From a virus: DNA of 64,000 bases. Below the pieces are notes generated by a model. The model was given only the letters and a program-made list of their open reading frames with translations, made no database searches and had not been told where the DNA came from. How positions within the stretch are numbered: position 1 is the first letter of the stretch; each line of letters begins with the position of its first letter. The position numbers were made by a program, and so were the translations under genes. Below, piece after piece: positions 46,857-59,100 of the stretch. The stretch is from positions 1-64,000 of IMG/VR virus record IMGVR_UViG_3300009183_008543. One strand, 5' to 3'.

Positions 46857-47120
46857 TTAAACTAAGCCCCTATCATCTCGGCTTCTCCTTTGAACTTCAT
46901 CAAGCTCTTCTTCAAATTTTTGATCCCAAGACTTACCTCGATTACTTGTCGTGGCAGTCTTTTTTAATGTTCCAAAGTTTTCAAGAACATCAACAATGTC
47001 TGATATAAATTCTTTTTGTTCGTCACGAATCCTTACCAAGAAAGCACTTATAAAAAACAAAACTACTAAGTTTATTATAAGTAACAATATGATTACTATG
47101 CCAATAATTAAATCGTACAT
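46857..47120 (-). CDS. Single-TM protein
   Basis: Long N-terminal hydrophobic helix. Confidence 0.6.
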   Translation of the reverse strand: MYDLIIGIVIILLLIINLVVLFFISAFLVRIRDEQKEFISDIVDVLENFGTLKKTATTSNRGKSWDQKFEEELDEVQRRSRDDRGLV

Positions 47121-47123
47121 TTA

Positions 47124-50100
47124 TCACACATAAAATTGGGATTGTGGTTCGGGTCGAAGAGACGATATATCAATAATATTCGTGTCGAGACTAATATTTC
47201 TATCAAGTATTCTGCAAACAAAGTCATTGGCATCCCAATAAGTTCCCTTAAATATATTTAACTCATCATAATAACTGAATGTGTCTACATTAATTTTAAG
47301 ATCATTTGTAACATACTCTGGTCTAAAGTGAAAGTCAAATGTAAAATCTATTCCAAAACTTGTAAATTTATTGCATAAATCTTCTGATGGAAATAAAACA
47401 AAAAGTCTAGCATCTGTATTACTTCCTGTTTGCAAATTGATTCTTTTTGCATAAAGACCAAATTTCCACATAGATGATGATAAAACATCTTCTCCGTATT
47501 GAGATATACAAGACCAGTCAAAATTAATATGCCAAAGTTCCTGAGCATTAGAATTATCACTTCCTATGCCACGAAGATGCAATGAATATTGCCAACTATT
47601 TGTAATAGTATTATAAAACAACTGTAAAGATTCTGGTATCTTAAGATTATTTCGTAATAAAAAGTCTTGCAATATATTTGCACTGCCTAGATTGGTTCTC
47701 ATGTACAATGTTTCTGGTATCGCATCACAATTGCCACATGTGGTTGTTATGTTTTGCGTAATAGCAGCCAAATCTGTCACAAAATCTTCAGCATAAGCAA
47801 TTTCTAAAAAATCAATCTCAGTAATAACCCCCATGGATATATCATCGACATTTAATGGCGAATCATAAGTTCCAGACAAATAAATTGATCCACTACCATC
47901 AAATGCATAACCCGGAACAACATATTCCGAGTCTCCTCCCAAAGATATTGGCGATAATAAAGATGTATACCAAAAATCTCCAGCTATAGAATCTCTTGTA
48001 GATGCTGCATCTCCCAAAGTAATAGGAACCGAATCATCTACTGGAATTTCAAAAGATGCAATTCCAATGTCAATTGAACCATCCAAAATTATGGTTCCAC
48101 TTCCCTCATAAGATTGATATGGAGAAATTGCTTTCGCTGAACCACCAATTGAAACTGTACCCAAAGATTCAAATATGTAAATATTTCTTGAATATATAGA
48201 ATTTCCATAAACATACATTAATCCATCTACATATGGTTTAATCGGATAATCAGCACTTCCGTAAACCACAACTCCTGCATAAGATGGATATATATATCCT
48301 AATCCAGTAGACGCAAAACTCAATTTAAATTCGACCAATGACTCATTTGAAGTTGTAATACCACCAGAAGTATTATACTTATAATAAGGACTTACTGGTA
48401 TGGATTCGCCTTCTAAGGTTATAGATCCTGATGATTCGTAGTTGTAGTTTGATAGTGATATCAAAGCAGAATCATCTATATAAACATTTCCATCTCCCAC
48501 ATAAATATAAAATGCACATAAAACTTCAGAAGATCCAGAGGTTGAAATATTTCCGCTAGAAATATATTTTCTTTCTAAATTTGCTTGAGAATTTATTGTT
48601 ATTCCGCCAGATGCCTCGTAATACGACAATTCAATAATTCCAGTTTTTATGCCCATAGAAACTACTGTTGTTGCAACAATAGTGAATGGTATGCATTCTG
48701 GTATTTTTGAAAATGGAACTGAGACGAATTCATTGCTTGAAGGTACTGGCAGTCCATTTATTGCAATTCCTGTTGAACCTATGGCGACAAAAGAATTAAC
48801 AGGATGAATTGATCTTTGAATGTCTGCTATTGGCCAAGTCCAATTGACATCAGTTAAAAACTGGCAAACTTCTCCTAAATCTCTAGCAACAATCTCTTGA
48901 AACATTCTGTTCAAACCATTTGGTATTGCACAAAATGGAATATTATCACAATTGTAGTACTCAACACCAACAACCCTAAATGTTCTTAGTGGTAATTCTC
49001 CAACATTAAAATTAAATGTTTGACTAAATTCAAATTGTTTATAAATATCAAAATTAAAATCAAAATTAAAAAAAACAGAAACGGTTGGATTAGTATAAGC
49101 CACATAACTTAAAGATATCTTCCCATTTCCAACAAAATTAATACTTGAATTACAAATAGCATTTCCAGATATTAAAATTTCTCCAGAACCAACAAGTGGT
49201 ATTAGTGTGGTGAGAGAAATTTCTTCGCCAATAGACTCTGGAGATCCGTGAGAAATTGGTCTAAAATAATATTTTACTCCTGAAATCAAATTGGAAATAG
49301 TCACTCTATGTTCAAAAACCAAATTGCTATCTTCTACTGTCGAATATGCATATCCATAAGTAGGACTTTCACCTAAACCTGAGCGAGAAACAGTATCGTA
49401 AACAACACGACTAGTCGAAGGAGTATTCGTAATCCAAGATATTGTTATCAAAGTAGTCGTTGAAGTAGCTTTTGAAATAGCTGAGACTGCACTTATTACT
49501 GGAGGCTCTTTTGGACTTATGGAGCTTTCATAGCTCAGAATAACTCCTCCATCAGCAATGACGCTAAGATTTAAATTAACAATAGCTGTTCCAAATATTA
49601 TAATATTTTCAGAATCAGAAATAAAAGTCAAAGCATATTCGAATAAACTATTTGCGTCATTTGTGCCACTTGGAGTTGTAACCAACACACTTGCAGAACC
49701 AAGAACATTAGAATCTGTGATCGCAATGATAGTATTCGAGTCCACGACTGTAAATTCGATAACAGCAATGCCACCAATTGTGACTTCTGTAGTTCCCGTA
49801 AAATTTTCTCCAGTAATCGTAATCGAAGTTCCGCCAGATATAGAGCCATTAGACGGATAAACGCTGGTTACTGTAGGTGGCACTTCAATGTATTCGAATA
49901 AGCTATTTGCGTCATTTGTACCACTTGGCGTTGCGACCAACACACTTGAAGAACCAAGAACATTGGCACCTGTGATAGCAGTGATAGTAGTCGAATCCAC
50001 GACTGTAAACTCGGTAACAGCAATGCCACCAATTGTAACTTCTGTAGTTCCAGTAAAATTTTCTCCAGTAATTTCAATTGAAGTTCCACCCAATGTTGAT

Positions 50101-53100
50101 CCGCCAGAGGGAGAAACGCTGACTACTGTAGGTGGCACTTCAACATATTCGAACAAACTATTTGCATCATTTGTACCACTTGGCACTATAACTAACACGC
50201 TAGAAGTTCCAGCAACATTAACATCTGTGGTTGCAGTGATGGTGGTCGGATTAACTACTGTGAACTCAGTAACAGCAATGCCACCAATTGTAACTTCTGT
50301 AGTTCCCGTAAAATTTTCACCAGTAATCGTAATGAAAGTTCCGCCCAATGTTGATCCACTAGATGGAGAGACGCTGGCTACTGTGGGAGCATTTTCAATG
50401 TATTCGAACAAAATATTTGCGTCATTTGTACCACCTAGCGTTGTAACTAACACACTTGCGGGACCAGCAATATTAACATCTGTGGTTGCAGTTATAGTGG
50501 TCGAGTCAACAACTGTAAACTCAATAACGGCAACACCGCCAATTGTAACTGATATCACATCAGCAAAATAAGTTCCAGTAATCGTAATTAAAGCACCACC
50601 TGATGTAAATCCACTAGATGGAGAAACGCTTGCTACTGTTGGAGAAGTTTCAATATATTCGAAAAAACTATTCGCATCATTTGTGCCACTTGGCGTTGTA
50701 ACCAACACACTTGAAGAACCAGCGACATTGGCATCTGTGGTTGCAGTTATAGTGGTTGAGTCAACGACTGTAAACTCAATAACGGCAACGCCACCAATTG
50801 TAACTGATATCACATCAGCAAAATAAGTTCCAGTAATCGTAATCGAAGTTCCGCCTAATATAGAACCACTAGACGGAGACACGCTCGACACTGTCGGAGT
50901 AGTTTCGACATATTCGAACAAACTATTTGCTTCATTTGTGCCACTTGGAGTTGTGACCAACACACTTGCGGAACCAACAACATTGGCACTTGTGGTCGCA
51001 ACAATGGCTGTAGAATTCACGACTGTAAATTCGGCAACAGCAACGCCACCAATTGTGACTTCTGTCGCATCAGTAAAATAAGTTCCAATAATTGCAATCG
51101 AAGTTCCGCCTAATGTTGATCCACTAGACGGAGACACGCTTGACACTGTCGGAGTAGTAACAACATATTCGAACAAACTATTTGCTTCATTTGTGCCACT
51201 TGGAGTTGTGACCAACACACTTGCGGAACCAGCAACATTGACATCTGTGGTAGCAGTAATGGTGGTCGAGTCAACAACTGTAAATTCAGTGACGGCAACG
51301 CCACCAATTGTGACTGCTGTCGCATCGGTAAAATAAGTTCCAGTAATCGTAATAGAAGTTCCACCCAATGTCGATCCACTAGAAGGAGACACGCTTGAAA
51401 CTACGGGCAGTACTAAAACATATTCGAACAAGCTATTTGCATCATTTGTACCGCTTGGAGTTGTGACCAACACACTTGCGGAACCAGCAACATTGACATC
51501 TGTGGTTGCAGTTATAGTAGTCGAGTCAACAACTGTAAATTCAGTGACGGCAACGCCACCAATTGTAACTGCTGTCGCATCGGTAAAATAAGTTCCAGTA
51601 ATCGTAATCGAAGTTCCACCTAATGTCGATCCACTAGACGGAGACACACTTGCTATTTCTGAAATAGGTAATGTATAAAGGAAAATAGTTGTTTCGTCAT
51701 TTGTACCGCTTGGAGTTGTGACCAACACACTTGCGGAACCAGCAACATTGGCATCTGTGGTTGCAGTTATAGTAGTCGAGTCAACAACTGTAAATTCAGT
51801 GACGGCAACGCCACCAATTGTGACTGCTGTCGCATCGGTAAAATAAGTTCCAGTAATCGTAATTGAAGTTCCGCCTAATGTTGATCCACTAGACGGAGAA
51901 ACGCTTGATACTGTAGGAGCAGTTTCGATATATTCGAACAAACTATTTGCATCATTTGTACCGCTTGGAGTTGTGACCAACACACTTGCGGAACCAACAA
52001 CATTGACATCTGTGGTTGCAGTTATAGTGTTCGAGTCAACGACTGTAAATTCAGTGACTGCAATACCACCAATTGTAACTTCTGTAGTTCCCGTGAAATT
52101 TTCTCCAGTAATCGTAATCGAAGTTCCTCCCAATGTCGATCCACTAGAAGGAGAGACGCTTGATACTGTAGGAGAAGTTTCAATATATTCGAACAAGCTA
52201 TTTGCGTCATTTGTACCGCTTGGAGTTGTGACCAACACACTTGCGGAACCAACAACATTAGCATCTGTGGTTGCGTTAATGGTAGTCGAGTTCACGACTG
52301 TAAATTCAGTAACCGCAATACCACCAATTGTAACTTCTGTAGTTCCCGTGAAATTAGTTCCAGTAATCGTAATAAAAGTTCCGCCTAATGTAGATCCTCT
52401 ATATGGAGAAACACTGGCTACTGTAGGTGGAACAACAGAATAGGTAAACAAACTATTTGCACTATTTGTGCCACTTGGAGTTGTGATCAACACACTTACA
52501 ATTCCAGCAGATCTAGCAGATATGATTGCTGTTATGGTGGTTGAGTTTACGACAGTAAAAATAGAAACTGGAGAGCCACCGATTGTAACTGCTGTTGCTC
52601 CAGTGAAATTTGCTCCAGTAATCGTAATGGAAGTTCCGCCCAATGTTGATCCGCTAGAAGGAGAGACGCTTGATACTGTGGGAGCAGGAGCCACATAAGT
52701 GAACCAGTGATTTATGTTTCCATCACTTGTTCCTCCTCCAGTTGTAACCAACACACTTGCAAGACCAGCAACATTTGCCGGGGTAATTGCGGTAATAAAG
52801 GTTGGACCAATAACGGTAAGTCCTATTCTGCAAAAAGATGTCAGAAAGTTCTTGCTTGGACCTATTTGCCCTCTGGCTAAAAAAGAAAAAGAAATTAAAT
52901 CGTTGACATTCACCATTAAAGAGTCAGAAGCTTGTACATTGGCAGAAGCGCCGACATATACTCCGTTGACTTGAACCGAAGCTAAAATGGCGTTAGTATG
53001 ATCCCCATATGGCCAAGATATGCTGATATATAAATGTCCAGCCTTGACAACTTTTAGCGTTGCCCTTAATGATACTGGACTAGAGGTTGGGTAATCAGTT

Positions 53101-56100
53101 CCAAGAAAAAAATCACTATCTACTTCATACAAAAAAGCAGGATTACTAGAATAGACAGTCTCAAAAGGCATTATGACTTTGGTCGAGTTCACAACGGTAA
53201 AACCAGTGGCGGCAATGCCACCAATGGTAACTGCTGTTGTTCCCGTTAAATTAGTTCCATTGATCGTAATGAAAGTTCCACCCAATGTTGATCCGCTGGA
53301 TGGAGAAATGCTGTTTATGGAAGGGGGAGGAGCCACATAAGTGAACAAACTGTTTGCACTATTTGTGCCTCCTGCTGTTGTGACCAACACGCTCGCAGTT
53401 CCAGCAGTTCTGGAACCTATTTTGGCGTTTATGGTGGTCGAATTGACAACTGTAAAGGTAATGACCGAAACGCCACCAATGGTTACTGCTGTCGCTCCCG
53501 TTAAATTAGTCCCAGTAATCGCAATCGAAGTTCCGCCCGATATGGAACCACTAGATGGAGAAACGCTTGCTACTGTGGGAGCAGGAACCACATAAGTGAA
53601 CAAGCTGTTTGCACCATTACCACCTCCATCTGTTATGATCAATACGCTTGCAGTTCCAGCAGATCTAGCAGATGTGGTTGCCGTTATGGTGGTTGAGTCA
53701 ACAACGATAAAACTGGCGACTGAAAATCCTCCGATTGAAACTGCTTTCACCCCCGTGAAATTTACTCCAGTAATCGTAATCGAAGTTCCACCCAATGTTG
53801 ATCCGCTAGAAGGAGAAACACTTGATACTGTGGGAGCAGGAACAATATAAGCGAATAAGATATTTGCGTTACTTGCACCTCCAACTGTTGTGACCAATAC
53901 ACTTGCTGTTTCGGCAGTTCCAGAAGATCTAGAAGATATTGTTGCCGTTATGGTGGTTGAGTTCACAACAATGAAACTGGCAACGGCAACTCCTCCAACT
54001 GTGACTGATATCACATCGGCAAAATAAGTTCCAGTAATCGCAATTAAAGTTCCTCCGAATGTTGATCCGCCAGATGGGAAAACTCTGGTTACTACAGGAG
54101 CAGGAACGATATATTCGAACAAGCTATTTGGACTATTTGTGCCACTCGGAGTAGCTACTAGCAGACTTGCATAGCCAGCAACATTGGCTGCTATAGTAGC
54201 GGTGATGGTCGTTGAGTTCACAACGGTAAAACTAGTAACAGAGATGTCGCCAATGGCAACTGCTGTCGCTCCCGTGAAATTTGCTCCAGCAATCGTAACC
54301 GAAGTTCCTCCGAATGTTGATCCGCTAGACGGAGAAACGCTTGCTACTGTAGGAGCAGGAATATAAGTAAACAAACTGTTTGTGTCATTTGTGCCACTTG
54401 GCGTTGTGACCAGAACACTTGCAGTTCCAGCAACATTAGCAGCTATGATGGCGGTGATAATAGTCGAGTTTACAACGGTAAAACTAGTGACAGAGATGCC
54501 ACCAATGGTAACTGCTGTCGCTCCTGTAAAATCTGTTCCGGTAATCGTAATTGAAATTCCGCCTGATGTGAAACCAGTAGATGGAGAGATGCCGACTACA
54601 GTAGGTGGCACTACGGCATAAGTAAACAAGCTAGTTCCAGTATTTGTGCCACCCGCTGTTGTGACCAATACACTTACAATACCAGCAGATCTAGCGGACG
54701 CAATTGCGGTGATAGTAGTTGAATTCACAACGGTAAAACTACTAGCTAAAACTCCACCGATTATAATTGCTGTCGCTCCTGTGAAATTTGCTCCAGTAAT
54801 CGTAATCGAAGTTCCGCCCAATGTTGATCCACTAGACGGAGAAATACTTGCTACTGTGGGAGTAGGAATCACATAAGTCAATAGGCTGTTCGCACCATTT
54901 GTTCCACTTGGTGTTGTGACCAAGACGCTTACAGTTCCAGCAGATCTGGCGGATGTGATTGCCGTTATGGTAGTTGAGTTCACAACAATAACGCTAGTGG
55001 CTAAAACTTCACCGATTGCAACTGCTGTTGTTCCCGTGAAATTCGTTCCAGTAATCGTGATCGAAGTTCCTCCGAATGTAGAAGCGTTAGACGGAGAAAC
55101 GCCGGCTACTGTAGGTGAAACAACAGAATAAGTAAACAAACTATTTGCACTATTTGTGCCACTTGGAGTTGTGATCAACACACTTACGATTCCAGCAGAT
55201 CTAGCGGATATGATTGCTGTTATAGTGGTTGAGTTTACGACAGTAAAACTAGCGACAGAAACGCTTCCAATCGTAACTGCTGTTGCTCCAGTGAAGCTAG
55301 TTCCAGTAATCGTAATGGAAGTTCCGCCCAATGTCGATCCACCAGATGGAGAAATGCTGGCTACTGTAGGAGCAGGAACGGCATAAGTGAAAAAACTGTT
55401 TGTACCATTTGTTCCACTCGGAGTCGTGATCAAAACACTTGCAGTTCCAGCAGATCTAGCGGATGTGGTTGCCGTTATGGTGGTCGAATTCACAACGGTA
55501 AAACTAGTAACAGAGATGCCACCAATCACAACCCCTGTTGCTCCAGTGAAATTAGCTCCAGTAATCGTAATAGAAGTTCCGCCAAATGTTGATCCACTAG
55601 ATGGAGAAATGCTGGCTACTGTAGGTGGTATTACAACATAAGTAAATAAGCTGTTTGCATGACTTATCCCACCCGCTGTTGTAACCATTACACTTGAAGC
55701 ACCAACAGGTCCAGCTGGTACGATTGCCGTTATGCTGGTTGAGTTAACAACGATAAAACTAGCGACTGGAAATCCTCCAATTGTTACCGCTGTAGCTCCC
55801 GTGAAATTTACTCCAATAATTGCAATGGAAGTTCCACCCAATGTTGATCCACTAGATGGAGAAAAACTAGATATTATAGGTGGAACTACAATATAAGTAA
55901 ACAAGCTATTTGCACCATTTCTACCACTAGGTGTTGTCACCAAAACACTTGAAATTCCAGCAAATCTAGCTCCTATGTTGGCGGTTATGGTGTTCGAGTT
56001 CACAACCGTAAATCCAGTGGCGGCTACGCCACCGATTGTTACCGCTGTCGCTCCTATAAAACTGGTTCCTGTAATCGTAATGGAAGTTCCACCCAATGTT

Positions 56101-59100
56101 GATCCACTGGATGGAGAAACGCCAGATACTGTAGGTGGTATTGCGACATAAGTGAACAGGTTGGTCACTGTAGGTGACCCAGATCCAAGAATGTTATAAA
56201 CTATTACATTTACATTTCCAAAAGATCTAGCTGCCGTGACTGCTGTGATGGTGGTGGAATTCACAACAGTAAAACTAGTGACTTGAACACCACCAATTCT
56301 CACATCTGTTACTCCAATTAGGTCGGTTCCAGTAATCGTAATGAAAGTTCCACCTAGTGTTGATCCACTAGACGGAGAAACGCTGGTTACTGTAGGTATC
56401 ATGATGGCGTAAGCAAACAAGTTGTTTGGATTATTCATGCCACTAGGCGTTAAGACAAGAACACTTGCAGTACCAACGGGATATAAATCTCCTCCATATC
56501 CTGCTCTGGTAGCGGTGATGGCTGTGATGGTGGTCGAATTTACAACAATAAAGCTAGCAACTGAAATTCCAATCGTAACTGCTGTTGCTCCAGTAAAGTT
56601 AGATCCAGTAATCGTAATGGAAGTGCCTCCCAATACGAAACCGCTAGATGGAGAAACGCTGGTTACGGTAGGAGGAATTGCAGCATAAGTAAATAATGTT
56701 GCTCCGGTATTAGTGCCACTAGGAGTCGTAATATATATACTTGCGTTTCCAGCATACCTAGGAGCTATAGTGGCTGTGATGGTAGTTAAGCTTATGACAG
56801 TAAAACTAGTTACCGAAACTCCACCAACAGTAACCGCTGTCGCTCCAATAAAATCAGTTCCAGTAATCGTAATGACAGTTCCACCTAATGTTGATCCACT
56901 CACTGGTAAAAAATTAGTTATAGATGGAGGAATTGCAACATAAGTAAACAAGCTGTTTGCATTATTTGTGCCACTTGCCGTTGTGACTAATATACTTGCG
57001 GCTCCAGCAGATCCAGCAGATGTTGTTGCCGTTATAGTGGTTGAGTTCACAACGGTAAAACTAGTGACTGGAACGCCACCAACAGTAACTGCCGTAGTTC
57101 CCGTAAAATTAGCTCCGTTAATTGCAATTAAAGTTCCACCTAATTTTGATCCACTAGATGGAAAAACGATGTATGGTGTTGGTGAGGAAACAGTCAAATC
57201 GTATACTGCCAAAGAACTTGTGTATTTAGTTGGATTTAATTTCGTATTTAAAACAGAAACATAAACATTTGCACCGTCTGGTGAAACAAAAATATTTTCA
57301 GGATTTTCATACGATGAAACATTTTGCTGAACTGTATTGATTTTAGTCAACGAACCATTTGAAACATTTCTGTTTAAAATTATAATTTTTCTGTACCCAG
57401 ATAGATTCACTCCAACATAAAAATTCTTTCCATTAGGAGAAATGCAAACAGAAGTGCAAGAACCAGAACCGGCAGGAGATGTCAAATTCAAATCGAATGT
57501 TGTACTGACAGTCAACCAGCTACCACCAGTGGTTTCTGAAATACAATCGAATATTGAAATCTTATCGTTATTGTTTACATAAACAAATCTGCTATCTGAA
57601 GAAATTGCGACATCGTTGATTATATTTCCAATCTGTGGTAGATCTCGCCTAATCCCGAAACTAATAGTTCCAGCTGGTTGCAACTGCGAAACTTGATCTT
57701 GAATGATACCTAAAGCCGAAATTGAACCTCCTCCACTGATGTAAATACGCAAACCATCAGGAGAAGCATAAACTCCATTGATTCCACTTCCATAATTGTT
57801 TCTTTTTTGACCACCATAATACTTAAGGCTGAATGCATTGGAAAATAACAAATCTCGGTTCATGCTGAAATTGCCAATCAAAACACCTGTGATGGAATCC
57901 CTCTTGAACATGGCGATTGAAACATAATTAGCAGGATCATCAAGGTTGTTGGGAGCCGTTGTTTCGCCTCCTTGACCATTGCAAGCCACATAAACATATT
58001 TTCCGTTAGGCGTTATGCAAATCGCAGCAGGATTGATATTAGCCCAAGGGCTTTTTATTCCGGTAGAAATCCTAGATGTTCCTTCGATCAATAATCCCGT
58101 CAAAGCATCTCTGTAAAACATAGAAATCTTATCTCGATGCAAAACATACAAATTTTTCCCATCTGGAGATGCACATATATCGACAGGTAGCGAACCAACA
58201 GATGTGTTTGAATCCAAACTAAACAAACCAGTACTAAAATTTTTAGAATAAATAGATATTTTACTGTCAAAATTGCTGTTAAAAGTAAGTGCGTAAATAT
58301 TCATTCCATCTGGAGAAATACAACTTTTTAAGCCACTAAAATCGTTTGCGACTATTTGTTTTTGTGACAGCCATGGTTTTGATTCAGATTCAAAGTAAGT
58401 TAAATTTTTATCGATAGTTATATTTGTATTTTGGGATGTAACAGAAATCGCAGCATTTCCGAGAGTTTTTGGAGGCACTAGAACAGCAATGATTTTTGAG
58501 TCAATACCGTAAAATGTAGTGGCTGTTATACCTCCAACGGCAACAGCGGTTACTCCAGAAAAATTAGGACCAGTAATATAAACCAATTCATTGCCCAATG
58601 TGGAAACACCAGATGGGTAAATGTCAACAGACGCAAGTGCGTTTGCCTCATATTGAAAAATATTGATATTATTTGTGACATTTGTTCCATTGGGCGTTGT
58701 CACCAAAACTATTGCAGGTCCAGCAACATTGACTGGTACAATTGCGGTTATAGTGATCGAATTGACAACTTTAAAGCCAGTATCAGCAATGCCTCCAATT
58801 GTCACTGCTGTCGCTCCAGTGAAATAAGCACCAGTAATCGTAATAGAAGTTCCGCCCAATGTCGATCCGCTAGACGGAAAAACGCTAGTTATCTGAGGTA
58901 AAGGAGAAAGTGTCGATTCTCCATTTCCTCTATTGAACATTGAAATCGTTTTTTCGCCATTACTGATGGAATAAAGACTGTCTCCTGCAGCGTTTATGAC
59001 ATAAACGCTGTTTCCGTCTGACGAAATAATGATATCTACTGGATAGATCCCAGTAGGAATATCTATTGATTTCCCAAAAGAACCTGTTTGTGGATTTACG

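Noticed and set aside
52800-53180. Intein in the giant protein
   Set aside because: No N-terminal Cys/Ser and no C-terminal His-Asn splice motif
49635-57190. Possible CRISPR array or DGR template/variable repeats
   Set aside because: Repeats are about 255-bp in-frame coding units without spacers; no cas or reverse transcriptase gene, and variation is not adenine-specific by eye
49558-57264. Many repeated plus-strand ORFs (MPLGVV...)
   Set aside because: Antisense shadows of the TIG repeats; no RBS, and they mirror the repeat period
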